A stretch of DNA of 64,000 nucleotides, from the NCBI RefSeq assembly GCF_018350175.1, contig NC_058368.1, positions 136,712,001-136,776,000 on the forward strand. Direction: 5' to 3'. Positions 1 to 12,070 of this stretch are shown one piece after another. Each line of letters begins with the position of its first letter. Positions within the stretch are counted from its first letter, which is position 1. Under the pieces are notes generated by a model, which was not told the DNA's origin, made no database searches, and worked only from the letters and a program-made list of their open reading frames with translations. A program made the position numbers and the translations under genes. This stretch comes from Felis catus. Lineage: Eukaryota.

Positions 1-563
1 CTCCATTCATCTAATTGTTAAATTTGGGTTTTCAGTGCTTCTACTTCCTTAATACCTGTGTTCACAAATGGCTTTGAAATGATTCAGGACTAAACTTTCC
101 TTTCTCTTAATAATGTGTAATAGGTGCTTTTTTTTTTGTCCAGTTAAGTGAAGTAAACTTTAAAAAATTTAAATGTGAACCAAGATTCTTAGTCATAAGA
201 TCCGTGTGTATGAAATATCATAAATAACCCCAGCTGACCATTTGTCTTTTGTTCCTAACACTTTAATATAATCAGCATGGGCGAAGCATTAACTCTGCAT
301 CCCATCTTGGAAATATGAAGAATTAATCAATTTTACCTTGTTTTGTTACCAGCAGGTGGCATGAGTTATTGCTATGCTAGTGACAGTGTAGAAACTAATG
401 CATCTTGTCACTTTAAATTTCATATATTTAAAATTGATTCCCAATGTATTTTACCCCAGGCAAAAGTTTAACATCTTTATTATATAAAAATCTCTTACAA
501 ATAAATAAGTGAAACCTTGACATTTCAGTAGAGAAATGGGTACAGATATGAACATTCAGTTTC

Positions 564-566
<3 letters not shown>

Positions 567-611
<45 letters not shown>
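567..611. repeat. (AC)22 microsatellite
   Basis: Direct reading. Confidence 0.98.
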
Positions 612-613
<2 letters not shown>

Positions 614-3600
614 GGGAAGGGAGGGGGTCTGGGAGAGAATGAGAGAGGAAAATGGCCAATAAACCAACACATAAAAAATTTCAACCTGTAAATTAAGAAA
701 TACAAATGAACAGAACGAGATTAAAATGTTTACATGTAAGTTTCAAGCCTTTAAAAAATGATACTACTCATTATTGGCAAAGAGAACAAGATAGGTACCT
801 ATATATTCTCCTATTTGGATATAAACAACCTTTCTGGAATGGACTTTTCCAATATATATTAAGAGTCTTACCACTGCTCACACACTGACCCAGTAATTCC
901 CTACTGCAAGTATATTCTGTAGAAATAAGTGGAGATAAAAAGCTGCTTACTGCCACGTTATTTATATCTGAAAAAGTGGAAAAACCCCATTTTCAATAAC
1001 AGTGGATGGTGTAATGAATAATAATTCATCAGTAGGATGTAATATTTGGCCGCAATATAAAGCTTATATTTAAAGAATCTTTACTGATGTGTAATGTTGA
1101 GTAAAAAGGCGGGACATATGAAGGTATTTTTCACTTTAATCACAGTTGTGCTCTGAAAGAATTTTTGTATCTTGATACATTAAATACACCCACATTTTAA
1201 TATGGGTTATCACTGAGTAGTAGGTCAAGAAGTTAATTTAGTTTTCTTCCTTATCTTTTTCTGTAATAATTTACATTTTCTACGGCAGGCAGATGTTATT
1301 TTACGGTCAGAGAAAAGTACGCACATTTTCAAAAATCGTGTAAGCCTCGCATTGGAGACATGAATCACGATTGCTTTTGTATTTCTCATGAAAACGAGAT
1401 TCAATAGTCAGTTATATGTTTGGGGAAAATAGAGCTCATTTGAGTCAGAGGTTGGAAAGCTCTTATGCATACTAACCTCAGAAACCTCAAACTAGAATGT
1501 AGTGGAATAATGACATGGCACGAAAAGCCACAGATGTCACTTTGAGTTAAGGAGGTTAGAGTAGATACATAGAACAGCCAGTTGAGACAGAAATTCACTA
1601 ATCTCTTATCTCCAGCTCTGGTAGCCTCTAGGGTCGTTCTGTGTGTGCCTCCACGTTTAATCTATATCAACGCGCACTGCACTGGGGCTGGGACTCCGAA
1701 ACCTGGATTCTGGTTCTGGCTGCTCTACTAATACATTTTGTACTTCCCCTTGGGCACGTCTCCAGAATTTCTGGATTCCGAGCTTTCTTCCAGTGCTTGG
1801 AGGTTTATTCTTTTTTGCAGTTTGGCATTCTGATGCCGTTTTGAGCCTCACAAGGTGAGGGGTGAGGCTCTTGGTGGTGCCTGAGCGATGCTGAGGACGA
1901 TTGAGGCTTCTTCTGGGTCACACCCTTGGATCAGATGTGGTTGACATCATCCCGGTCCTGTCATTTTTGAATAATAAGTTACCATGACATGAGTCGGGGA
2001 AAAGGGCTGCAGTCGAGGCTCAGAAAGGCAGTTTAATTCTCCTGGAGATCATAAAATAGAAGGATACGTCACAGAGTATGAACAAAGCTGGTTTATAGTT
2101 CTACAATATATTTTTTTCTATATAAAAATTCAAGTTTGCAATTATTAAGTTAATTCTGATCTTGTCAGTGGTTGTGGTAGTTTTAGAATTAAGACTACAG
2201 GGATGGCAGATATACATCCAGTATACAGCACATAAGAAGGGCCCGGTATGGGGGATTTTATCCTTTCAGCTGACAGCAAACTTATATTCAGAGTTGTATT
2301 GCATGGGAATGTTGTATAAACTTCTTTTGTCTTAACTACATTACAAAAAAATATATGGTGATCCGTGCCCACCTATAAAATGAAGCAAGAGTCTCACAAA
2401 ACCCGTCCTTAACTATCTGCAATGCCTTGTGACATTTTCTCCTCCACGTTATTCTAATATTTGAAAAATACTGGTTGCAACGCACTAATTTGATTTTATG
2501 CCACACTGAAGTTTTGCAGGCTTTATCTTGAAGAACAGTGGTATAAAGCTTTTTTTCCAGAATGGAGAGAAAAAAATGTTAAATATCCTTGAGAACTATT
2601 AAATATCACAAATCTCTTTGCAGAGAAACAGGAAAAAAGAATAGATCCTTTCTATATTAAGCTCCTTGTGATAGAAACAAAAACTCGAACAACATAGGAG
2701 GAGCATGTTAAAGAGAAGATTTCCACATCTCCAATAATTTTCACTAAAAAATGCACCTGAAAAGAGGTAAAGCTGTACTATGGAAGCAATCACATTACGC
2801 TCACACAGTGGAATGAAATCCCTTTCAACTTCAGATAACTTGGGGGAATTAAAGGGCCAGGATCCAAGGGGGCCTTGTTTGGTTTCTGGTGTCCATCACG
2901 TTTTTTTTCCCCTTTGTGTCTCAATCCTGATCTCAGTGTGTGGGTCCTTGTGATGGAAATGCTGGCCTCACAACAACCCGGCCCCAGGCAGCAGCTCCCG
3001 CGGGTGGGGGCAGTGCATGGTCCATTCCTGCCCACCTTTTGGGCCGCTCTGTTACCGGAGTTGCCCTCAGTCTCACGTTCAGCAAGACTTCAGGTGCTTT
3101 TTCTAGAGTCTGTCTGTCTTGAGCCCTGCCCAGGACTTCACTGTCCCGCATGCTTCTCCGCAGCTGTTCCTGCACTTTGCTCTTCTCTCCCACTCCACCT
3201 TCTTTCCTTGATCCCTCCCATCTTTTCCTCTCTTCCCCTCTCCTCTGCCCCTGATCTGCCAGTGGCTCTGGTGACCATGACATACCTCAGAGTGTGGCCG
3301 GCAGGGCTGAACAGTTGTCGCTCTGTGCTCTGGGATTTAAAATGGTCGGAGGTCTTTGAGTACGACTCGGTAGCCACAGGCCTTTAATTTCATCGGGCAG
3401 GCTTTTAATCGCCTCTGATACCCAGTTAGAAATAGATGAAAAGGGCTGAATTCTGAGCCTTCGTGCTGGGCCTTTCACCAGCAGATCAGCCCTGTCTTCA
3501 GGCCAAATGGGTCTTTTGAAACCATTAACACGTGGAGTGGAGACCAGTAGCCAGAGTGACCTTTCCTACTCATGGCTAGCCTGGACCTGGAAAAGGTTAG

Positions 3601-5744
3601 ACCCTTTCCCCAGTGAGCCACCCTCTCAGTTACCCCATAACGCATGACTCAGAGAGCTTGCAAGTGCCCTAGAATTACTTTCTCCATTCAGCCCAAGAAA
3701 CAACGTGCAGAATCAGTCTGTCTGGAGACTCCTTATATGGAGAGGTTCTGAGACTATTTTATGTTTGGTTTGTAAGAGGATCATGGTTTAAAAAAAAGAG
3801 AGAAAAGAAAGAAAAGCCAAAGGCAATGATATCATATTACTAAGAGGCTTGGTAGAAAAAGAAAATACTCCTTCCAATTGTTTCCACCCTGATTCTGCAT
3901 TATGGTGGGGGCGACAGCAAATCCATCATTTGTACTGGCTCTGGCTGACCTTCCCCTGCATCTTGAATGCTTCCCACCGAGACAGGCCTCACTGACCAGA
4001 CACTGTCTGCCTGTAGTCTCCCAGCTCGGCTGCAGAGAGGCTGCGAGGCATACAGCCCTGCCACGTATTTCTGCAAATGGGTGGTTTTTATTATTTCTGG
4101 AACGCAGCCCCCAGCCCTAACTCCGAAAATGCTGACAGGGCTGAAGCTAAGAGACATGTGGAGCTTTAAGGAGCGACAGTTTGCTGACCCTCTCCACGTT
4201 GGGTCCCTGCTGGGAGGGGTGACAGCAATGAGGGACTGGCCCAGGGCTGGGCCACCCTCTCTGGGCCCACTGTCTGACACTCCCGCCCCCCCCCCCCCCC
4301 CGCAACCATCCCACTTTCCCTAGGAGGAAGAGGGCAAATTTGAACCCTTTAAAGCCAAGGTTAAGGACTCATTAAAGTTCCTCTCCCAGTAGAGGGGTCT
4401 GGGTGCGGTTCCAGGTGTGGATGGGACCTCAGTGTGGAAGCCCGCCCACCTGTGAGAGGGGCCTGCATTTCCAAGTGCACATCATTTCATTTGGCAAGGA
4501 GGAGGGGCAGTGTCCTGTAACCTCTGACTCATCAGGCAAGAAAGAGGCAGGGAAAACTGTGCCCGGATGACTCTAGGCCAGGATAGCGGAGCCGGTTGAG
4601 AAAAAGTGACAGGCAAACAAATATAATATCGACCCTTAAAAAGGTCATTTTAAAAGTAATTACATAAAGTTGTGTGCTTCTCATTTGCAAAGATGATTTG
4701 AGGAGACTTAGACTTCTCAAGTTAAAGAGACTTGAAATGAAGAAAAAGAATTTCTCAGGAAAACAAGTGTACCCCAAGTGGAACAAGAAATTCCCCAGCA
4801 TAAGTTTCAGCGAAAAAAAAAAAAAAAAAAAGCCTGTTAAACTGACTTCAGCACATGGTGTTCATGCAGAAACGAATAGACTAAATCAGAACTGATAACG
4901 GGCCATTTTTTATATGGGCCATAGCCTATATTTAAACATGTTTAACTTCTGGTTTTTATTTTCCTTGTCTTGATAGAGAGGGGGAGGTGGTGGTAAATTG
5001 AGGCACGAGAGTTTTTAGGTGATTTGAAGACAAGATATAATCATTCTAAGGCCACCTTCATAGTTCATCCTTCAGAAATAAGGTTTTCTGGTTCTTGTGT
5101 GAAATCCTTAGTGAAAGGTTTGATCGCCTTGGTGTCACTAGGTTAGACTTTAAAGAAAGGATTTTTCTGTTGTGTTCTTAAGGGGTGTGTGTGGTTTGTG
5201 TGTGTATGTGTGCATGAGCAGTTGCTATAGAAAGATACAAATATTGACTAAGTATATAGAAAAATCTTAACACATACTATAGATAAGATGTATAGGTGGA
5301 CCAGGATTCCCAGAAAAAGGAAATATGAAATATTAGTCCCAAGGGTATAGGAACGAAAGAATACACTGCCATGTTGAGATATTAAATATAAAGAGAATGT
5401 TTAGTGCAATTCAAGGAGCAAACAAATACATTTCCTTTTTAGGCCTGTAGGGTGAGGCAGTGCAGAGAAGCCTCGTTTGAACACCCTAAGCAGAATACAG
5501 CCCTTTAAAAACCAGTTGAAGGTGATGATTTTGAATGTCCAGAGTCGGATTATGTCATTATGCCTTCAGCGTCCTACTGGAGAGAACCTGTTGGTTTGCC
5601 GCCATGCGAAATGGTCCTAGCTGTGGTTTTTAAGTATAGCTATTTTTTTAGAAAACATACTATCCATTTTGGCCTCCTCCCTTGTACGGTGCTATAGTTG
5701 TTTCTTTCTAAATTACCTTTAGTTGTTTCTATGTACCCATTCTG

Positions 5745-6178
5745 GATCAGTTTCCTGGGGTTCCTTAACAAAGAATCCCAAACTGGGCAGTTGTAACAAC
5801 AGAAGTGTGTTCTTTCATGCTTCTGGAGGCCAGAAGTCCAAAACCAAGATGTCAGGGAGGCTGGTTGCTTCTGGAGATTCTGAGGGAGAACTATTCTATG
5901 CCCGCTCCTGACTTCTGGGGGTTGCTGGCCATCCTTGGCACGGTTGGCTTACAGACGTATCACTCTAATATCTGCCTCTGTCATAACATGGTATGTTCTC
6001 CCTGTGTCTCAGTCTCTATATATTTTTTTCTTCTTATAATGGCATCAGTTGTTGGATTAGGGCCCATCCTAATCTGATATGACCTTACCATCACTAATTA
6101 TGTCTACAAAGACCCTATTTCCAAATAAGGTCATGTTCTGAAGTTCCAGGTGAACGTGACACTGTTCCACCCAGTACC
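5745..6178 (-). mobile_element. MaLR solo LTR (MLT1B/C-like)
   Basis: ttctggaggccagaagtccaaaaccaag ... ggattagggcccatcctaat ... aagaccctatttccaaataaggtcatgttctgaag. Confidence 0.8.
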
Positions 6179-8149
6179 TTCCTTCAGTTTTATTCCTTCA
6201 AATCTTCAATAGAATCAAAACCTAGCCATTAAACCTATTAAAACTATCATAAGAAGAGAAAAAGAGAGAGACAGAGACAGAAAGGCTTGATCTGTGATAA
6301 ACCTCAAGGGATCTCCCTAGAATAAAGTCCTTGAACTTTAGTGCTTTGACTTAGCAGTATCTATTTTTAGGACTCCCTCCCCCCTGTTTTTACTGGATTC
6401 TAGGCTAAATGTCTTATAGTTGAGACTGCTGGATGAAGGACTTTTGCACACATGAAGTGTTATGCTTGGATCTTTTCAATAGTGCTTTTCAGGGTGCAAG
6501 GGAAAAAACAAGCCAAGTAGTGCTCCTGAGGTGTAGTCTAGGCCGTAACCAGAAGTGTGGGAGAGGAGGCTGCATGGGGGGAATCCTAGAATACATTCCT
6601 TCTTACAACTAAAACACAAGTCCCTCTCTTGTCTTGGCCATCTGAGTAGCTGGCGACTGTTGCCTCTTGTGCATGATTTTAGAGAAGGGCCCCATCCCTG
6701 CCTGTCTCTAGAGCTGCCTGTGAATTACTCTCTGTGTCAGTGCAGATCACATTCTGTACAGCTGTGGGGGGCACTGTCTGGGACAAACTCCCTCCTCAGC
6801 TCAGTTTATTAATATTTTTGAGAACCACCCTTGTGCAGAATTACCCACTGCACTGTTGAAGGGAAGGGCATTGGCCTCTAGATAGAAACCCTGGTGGAAG
6901 ATGCTCATCAGCACCGTCTGAAATTATAGAGAAGATCTTCCTGGGAATTTGACATCTCTTGCATCAACCTTTCTATTTCTCTGCTGAAAGAAAATGCCAA
7001 AGCTCAGAGGAACGCAAAGAAAGAGAATGATATTAAACATAGAATGATTTTAATCTTTGGCAGCAGCCTACGTTCTTAAAAAAAATCCCGTTTTCATTGT
7101 CGTGCACCTGTCGTTACTCTGAATGAGTTCTCTCTTGATGGATGGTGGTCTTAAAAGCTTGCTGTTTTTCATTAGCAAAGTGAAATGGGGTGCCAGTGCA
7201 AATGCTTTGTCATTCTGATGGAGTATAATGCATGAATCAGTGTAATTATTCAGTGTTTGCGTAATCAGCAAATTTTGAAGGGGAATGTTGCACAACTCAG
7301 AAGTGGCCTAATTTCACCTGACAATATTCCATTCAGTCTCCAAGCATCTCCTCCAAGAAGCAGTGAAGTGTTGGTGGATTTCCTTAAGGCACAAGGCAGC
7401 GATGGTGGGAAATTGAGTTGCTCTAAATCACGCGCTAATTATGAGAATGCCCAGTGGGCACTTAGAGGCTCTTACTCTAGGTTGCAGATAGGTTCATCCC
7501 ATTGTCTTAGAAATGCCATTTATTTATTATGCATGAAGCTCGGTATATTGTTCCACGTGGACCCAGTGATGAACAACCAGCCAAATCCATTAAATTCTAT
7601 TCAGGAGTAGAGTGAGACCCAGAAATATGGGCAGTTGGCTGGGAATCCTACCAGAAAGACTGAAGCTGGATAAAGGGCTAGGCCAAATCAGGGACTCACT
7701 GAGAGTGATTTGAGAAAAGCTTCATAGGTTAAATGTCCACTTTTCTTTTTGAAGCAGAGAGTCTCTTTTACAAGGAAAGAGTGTGTTCAGTTGAGCTGTT
7801 TCAGAAACCTGTGCAAAACCGTTTGCAAAGAGGGCGACCGAATTTTTTATTAACTCATTTAAATCAATTTATTTCAGCCCAGCATGACGCCAGAACCAAG
7901 AAGTCTGAAGAGTGCCCCAGGGCTGTGTCTCACAGTCATGCAGCTCTCATCTAATTTGGACTAGATTGCTTTCTTCATTAAATCTAAAAATACTTTCAGG
8001 CAGGCCACCTTTCTAGGGATTTCATATGTGGTGAATCAGATTCTAGGGAAGAATCCTTGCCTTAGAGCTAGTGGCTTTTGAGTCTGGGTTTGCTTCCTTT
8101 CCTTCCATGAAGCCATCCTGACTTGATCTTTATCCTTGATGACAGCTCA

Positions 8150-8390
8150 TAATAATAACTAGCATTTGCTGAATGCTCACCATGTGCCAGGCACTGTTCT
8201 AGGCCCTTCACGTGTATCAACTAATGTAATCCTCACATCCTCCCACAAGTAAGGTACTACAGTTATCCCCATTTAGCCCTGAGGAAATGGGCACGGAATG
8301 GTTAAGTAGCCTGCCCAAGGTCACACAGCCAGCGAGTAGTAGAGATGGGGCTAAGACTCCAGCATTCTGGCTCCAGAGGTCACTACTCAA
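8150..8390 (-). mobile_element. MIR SINE
   Basis: atgtgccaggcactgttcta ... ggttaagtagcctgcccaaggtcacacagc core. Confidence 0.8.
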
Positions 8391-8850
8391 TTCTGAATAG
8401 CCTCGAATACCAGTGGAAGGTGTTCTTTAGTTAAAGCACTCCAATATCCCCAGGCAGAGAGTCTGAGGACCTTGTAGGTCTGGGGCAAATAGATTTCAAG
8501 CATAAGAAGTACATGCTTTTGACATGCAGCATCAGCTTCTTTCTGGGGTACCTAAAACCTTTTTAAAAAGCAGAGCCTAATTGGCAGTGCGATCTGCCAA
8601 AGGGTAGTCTTATACACAGCTGATGGAAGGATCTGTTTTATCAAAATCCTCTTAAAAAAAAAAAAAAGCAAAGCTTAGAATCAGCACTGCTGGCACCTTT
8701 CTCAGTGAAGCTGTATTAGAAAGGCCTGTCTTTGTTACGGGGCCAACATCTTGAAGAATACCTGTGCCTTATCAGTTGCTCTATAGCTATTTATGTTCCA
8801 GGTTATATGAGTTACTGGAAGAGTCCTTTTTAGTAATTAAAAAAAAGAAA

Positions 8851-9074
8851 GGGGAGGTGCCTGGGTGGCTCAGTCAGTTAAGCGTCCAACTTCGGCTCAG
8901 GTCATGATCTCGCGGTTTGTGAGTTCGAGCCCCCGTGTCGGGCTCTGTGCTGACACCTCAGAGCCTGGAACCTGCTTTGGATTCTGTCTCCCTCTCTCTC
9001 TGCCCCTCCCCCACTTGTGCTGTCTCTGTCTCTCAAAAATAAATAAACATTAAAAAAATTAAAAAAAAAAAAAA
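8851..9074 (+). mobile_element. Can-SINE (SINEC_Fc type)
   Basis: tRNA-derived head (gcctgggtggctcagtcagttaagcg; gagttcgagcccc), (CT)n region, aaaataaataaacatt and poly-A tail. Confidence 0.93.
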
Positions 9075-10410
9075 GAGGGAGGGAGATAATCTGGGAGGGA
9101 AAGAGGCCCTGACGTAGCTGCTCAGTCCCTGGGTGAGTCCCTCAGTCCCTCTGCTCAGCTCAGAGTGAGGCCCACAGGGGACACCCCGCTAGGTGATTAG
9201 TTGGCCGGGATTCACGTGGCCTTGCTTGCACTGCCCATTCTCTCCTCCCACTGCAGACAGAAGATTAGTGGGTGGTGGGGATGGCCAGCTGGGAGGGGAG
9301 GGCTTGGGAGAGATGTCAAGGGAGAAAATTGGTGGCTATTCAATGGACTGGGGTTGGTGGCTGTTGCCTGGGAAACCCTGCCAATTACAGAGTGAACCAG
9401 AGGAGGATCCAGTTTGGTGTCTTCACGGACAGATTTATAGACTGAGAAACAAAACCTTGTTACCCAACCCAAAGGGAAAAATTAATGTGAGAATTAAGAG
9501 GGCCCAGGCAAAGTGGGGTTCAGGACAGTAGTTTCCAGAACTTCTTTTGGGTACAGAGGAGGGGCAATCACCCAAATTAGGGAAATGGTAACTTTCTTTG
9601 AGTATAAGAACAATTCTTATCTATAAAAAAATATATATTTATCTTAGTGAATATTCACATGTAAATCCCAACACAGTTTTCTGCTCTTTCTAAACTTTAG
9701 AAAACTACATGGTCGAGAGTGTAGTATTCCACCCTGAGGTCTTGGGCAACACTGTTCCTTCAAACTATCTTGGAAGACATTTCCTGTTTCTAACCAAATG
9801 ATTTATCTCCCCTTGGAAAAATGTACTAGTAAAGCACGTTGAGACTTAGGAGAGGTGGTAAGCAAAATCTTAATTTCCCTTTCTTCAGAACTGACATTTA
9901 TTAGACTATGCACTTTCGACATATATCTGATGAATGCATTTGACAAGAAGTGTTGGTGATTTGCTGCCTTTGTTGAAAAGATTGTTAGGTCGGTAGTAAG
10001 ACTGTGTCCAGCTTCCTGGGAATGGAGAACTTGACTTTCCAAACAGATTGTCTAAAGTCTCCCAGGATGCCCTCTGGATAGGGTCTGTTTGCTCAGTGGG
10101 GATGCCTCTGGCTTCTTCTGTCATTCCTCTCTACTTTCATTCAGAACCTGGGAAGACATGCAGGTTGGAACAGAAAACGGAGGGCGGTTGGGGACAGGAG
10201 ATGGGAAAAAAAGAAAAGTTTTCTCTTCTAGTTCTAGATAGACCCTGGAGCCAGAAGGCAGTGAGGCAAATGAAATTCAAAGAGGAATTTAAATTTATTC
10301 CTCAAAGCCAACTTCCCTGTGTATGTTTGGTTTTCTCTCCTGAATATTGGTGTAGCCACTTGAGTGCACCACGGAGAGGAAAATCTTAGCAGAATTAAGT
10401 TTATTTTAGG

Positions 10411-10411
<1 letters not shown>

Positions 10412-10454
<43 letters not shown>
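10412..10454. repeat. (TG)21 microsatellite
   Basis: Direct reading. Confidence 0.98.
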
Positions 10455-10455
<1 letters not shown>

Positions 10456-11504
10456 ATGTGGGATCCCACTGTCCTGAATAGGAGTTAGGCCGGGGCCATT
10501 TCTGTATCCTTTACACCCTAAGTTTTCACCCATTTCTTACAATTGGGCAGTTACTTATTCCCACTTTGTTTTTACAAATATGAATGTGTTGACTTCTTGT
10601 GCAACACAAGCAGGCTGGCTCACTTAAATCCATGCCATAGTTTTCTAGGTCTTGATGTCTGCTATTTTTATTTTATTATACACTTAATTGCGGATTCCAC
10701 TTAAGATTTTATGCCAGTATTACTCCGGGCACTTAATTTCCATTCTGTGTTCTCATCTCAGATTTTCTCTGATGGTGACTGGTATTTTATTCTAAGCATC
10801 AGTAGCTGGCCACAGAGTCAGAATGGACCCAAATGTTCTGGAACAACCTGTTGTGTCAAATTTACCAGTGAGGAGTAACTAAAACCCAGAGAGAACTGGA
10901 TACAGGACTGATTTTTTTCCTCAACCGCACAGCCGTAACTTTGAGGCACCCTGACGACAGCAGTTGGTGTGTGGTTCCGTGAATTGCAAAGCTGGTACAC
11001 TGTGGAGTTAGTGGGCAGCCATTGACCCTTGTATTTGCAGAGCTTTGGATTAATGTGGGGAAGTCGTCTGTGATAGGGCAGGAAGGGAAGACAGCAGGAC
11101 CACGGTTTTCCAATATACCCTCCGCTGTAAAAAAAAAAAAAAAAAAAAAATGTAAGTATGGAAGTGAGAGAGGAGCAAGAAAGATTGCTTCCAGGGAAGG
11201 TGATTTAGGTGAATGCTGGCTGCTGCTTTGCTTATGGTGTCCCAGCTGTCCACAGTAGGCATGCATTTTCTTTCATAATTTGTTAAAGTCTTGGAACGGC
11301 CATCTCTTCAGGACTGAAAGGAGTGTGGTGTCACTGCCCTCCCTGTCATTCGGCTCCCGAACCCACCATGTGGGGCCAGCTTCACCCCGGGTCCTGGTTC
11401 TAGAATAATTCACGGTTCTCACAGCTCTCTCCCTTGTTTTTCAGATAGGAAATAACCACTGTTGGACTGAGCGTGTCTTTAATCACTTTTGACATTTATA
11501 TATT

Positions 11505-11810
11505 TAGGCATTTATTTTTGAATAATTTTAGATTTACAGAAAAATTTTTAGATTTTAGATATACAGAATTTTTAGTAATTTTAGATTTATGCAGAGGCTA
11601 CAGAGCCTTCCTGTACACCCTTCACCCTGCTTCTCCTATTACATTATTAATAACTTATATAACCATGGCACTTTAATCAAAAGTATGAAATTAACATTGG
11701 TAGAATGCTATTAGATCAACTACAGATTTTATTTGGATTTCCCCATTTGTTCCATTCATGTCCTTTTACTGTTCCAGGATCTAATGTGGGGATTCCTCGG
11801 TTCATTTAGA
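11505..11810 (-). mobile_element. Old L1 3' fragment (L1MC-like)
   Basis: ttgaataattttagatttacagaaaa ... aaattaacattggt ... gttccaggatc. Confidence 0.65.
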
Positions 11811-11820
11811 AGGTAGTTCT

Positions 11821-11902
11821 TTTTATTTATTTATTTTTTTAATGTTTATTTATTTATTTATTTATTTATTTTGAGAGAGAAAGAGTGTACAAGCAGGGAA
11901 GG

Positions 11903-11944
<42 letters not shown>

Positions 11945-12070
11945 CCCAAGCAGGCTCTGTGCTGTCAGCACAGAGCCCGAAGTAGAGCTCGATCCCATGG
12001 AGCGTGAGATCGTGACCTGAACTGAAATCAGGAGTCAGATGCTTAACTGAGTGAGCCACTCAGGTGCCCC
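11821..12070 (-). mobile_element. Can-SINE
   Basis: Reverse-complement consensus with (TTTA)n tail and (GA)n; flanking agttcttttt duplication. Confidence 0.92.

Noticed and set aside
2875..3387. 170-aa ORF
   Set aside because: Derived from CT-rich low-complexity sequence; no recognisable domain or convincing exon structure.
8865..9053. Recurrent 'MAQSVKRPTSAQVMIS...' ORFs and tRNA-like A/B boxes
   Set aside because: These are translations and internal promoters of tRNA-derived Can-SINEs, not proteins or true tRNA genes.
10362..10382. RE1/REST-like site (agtGCACCACGGAGAGg)
   Set aside because: Lacks the TCA of the left half-site and the 3' C positions; too weak without binding data.
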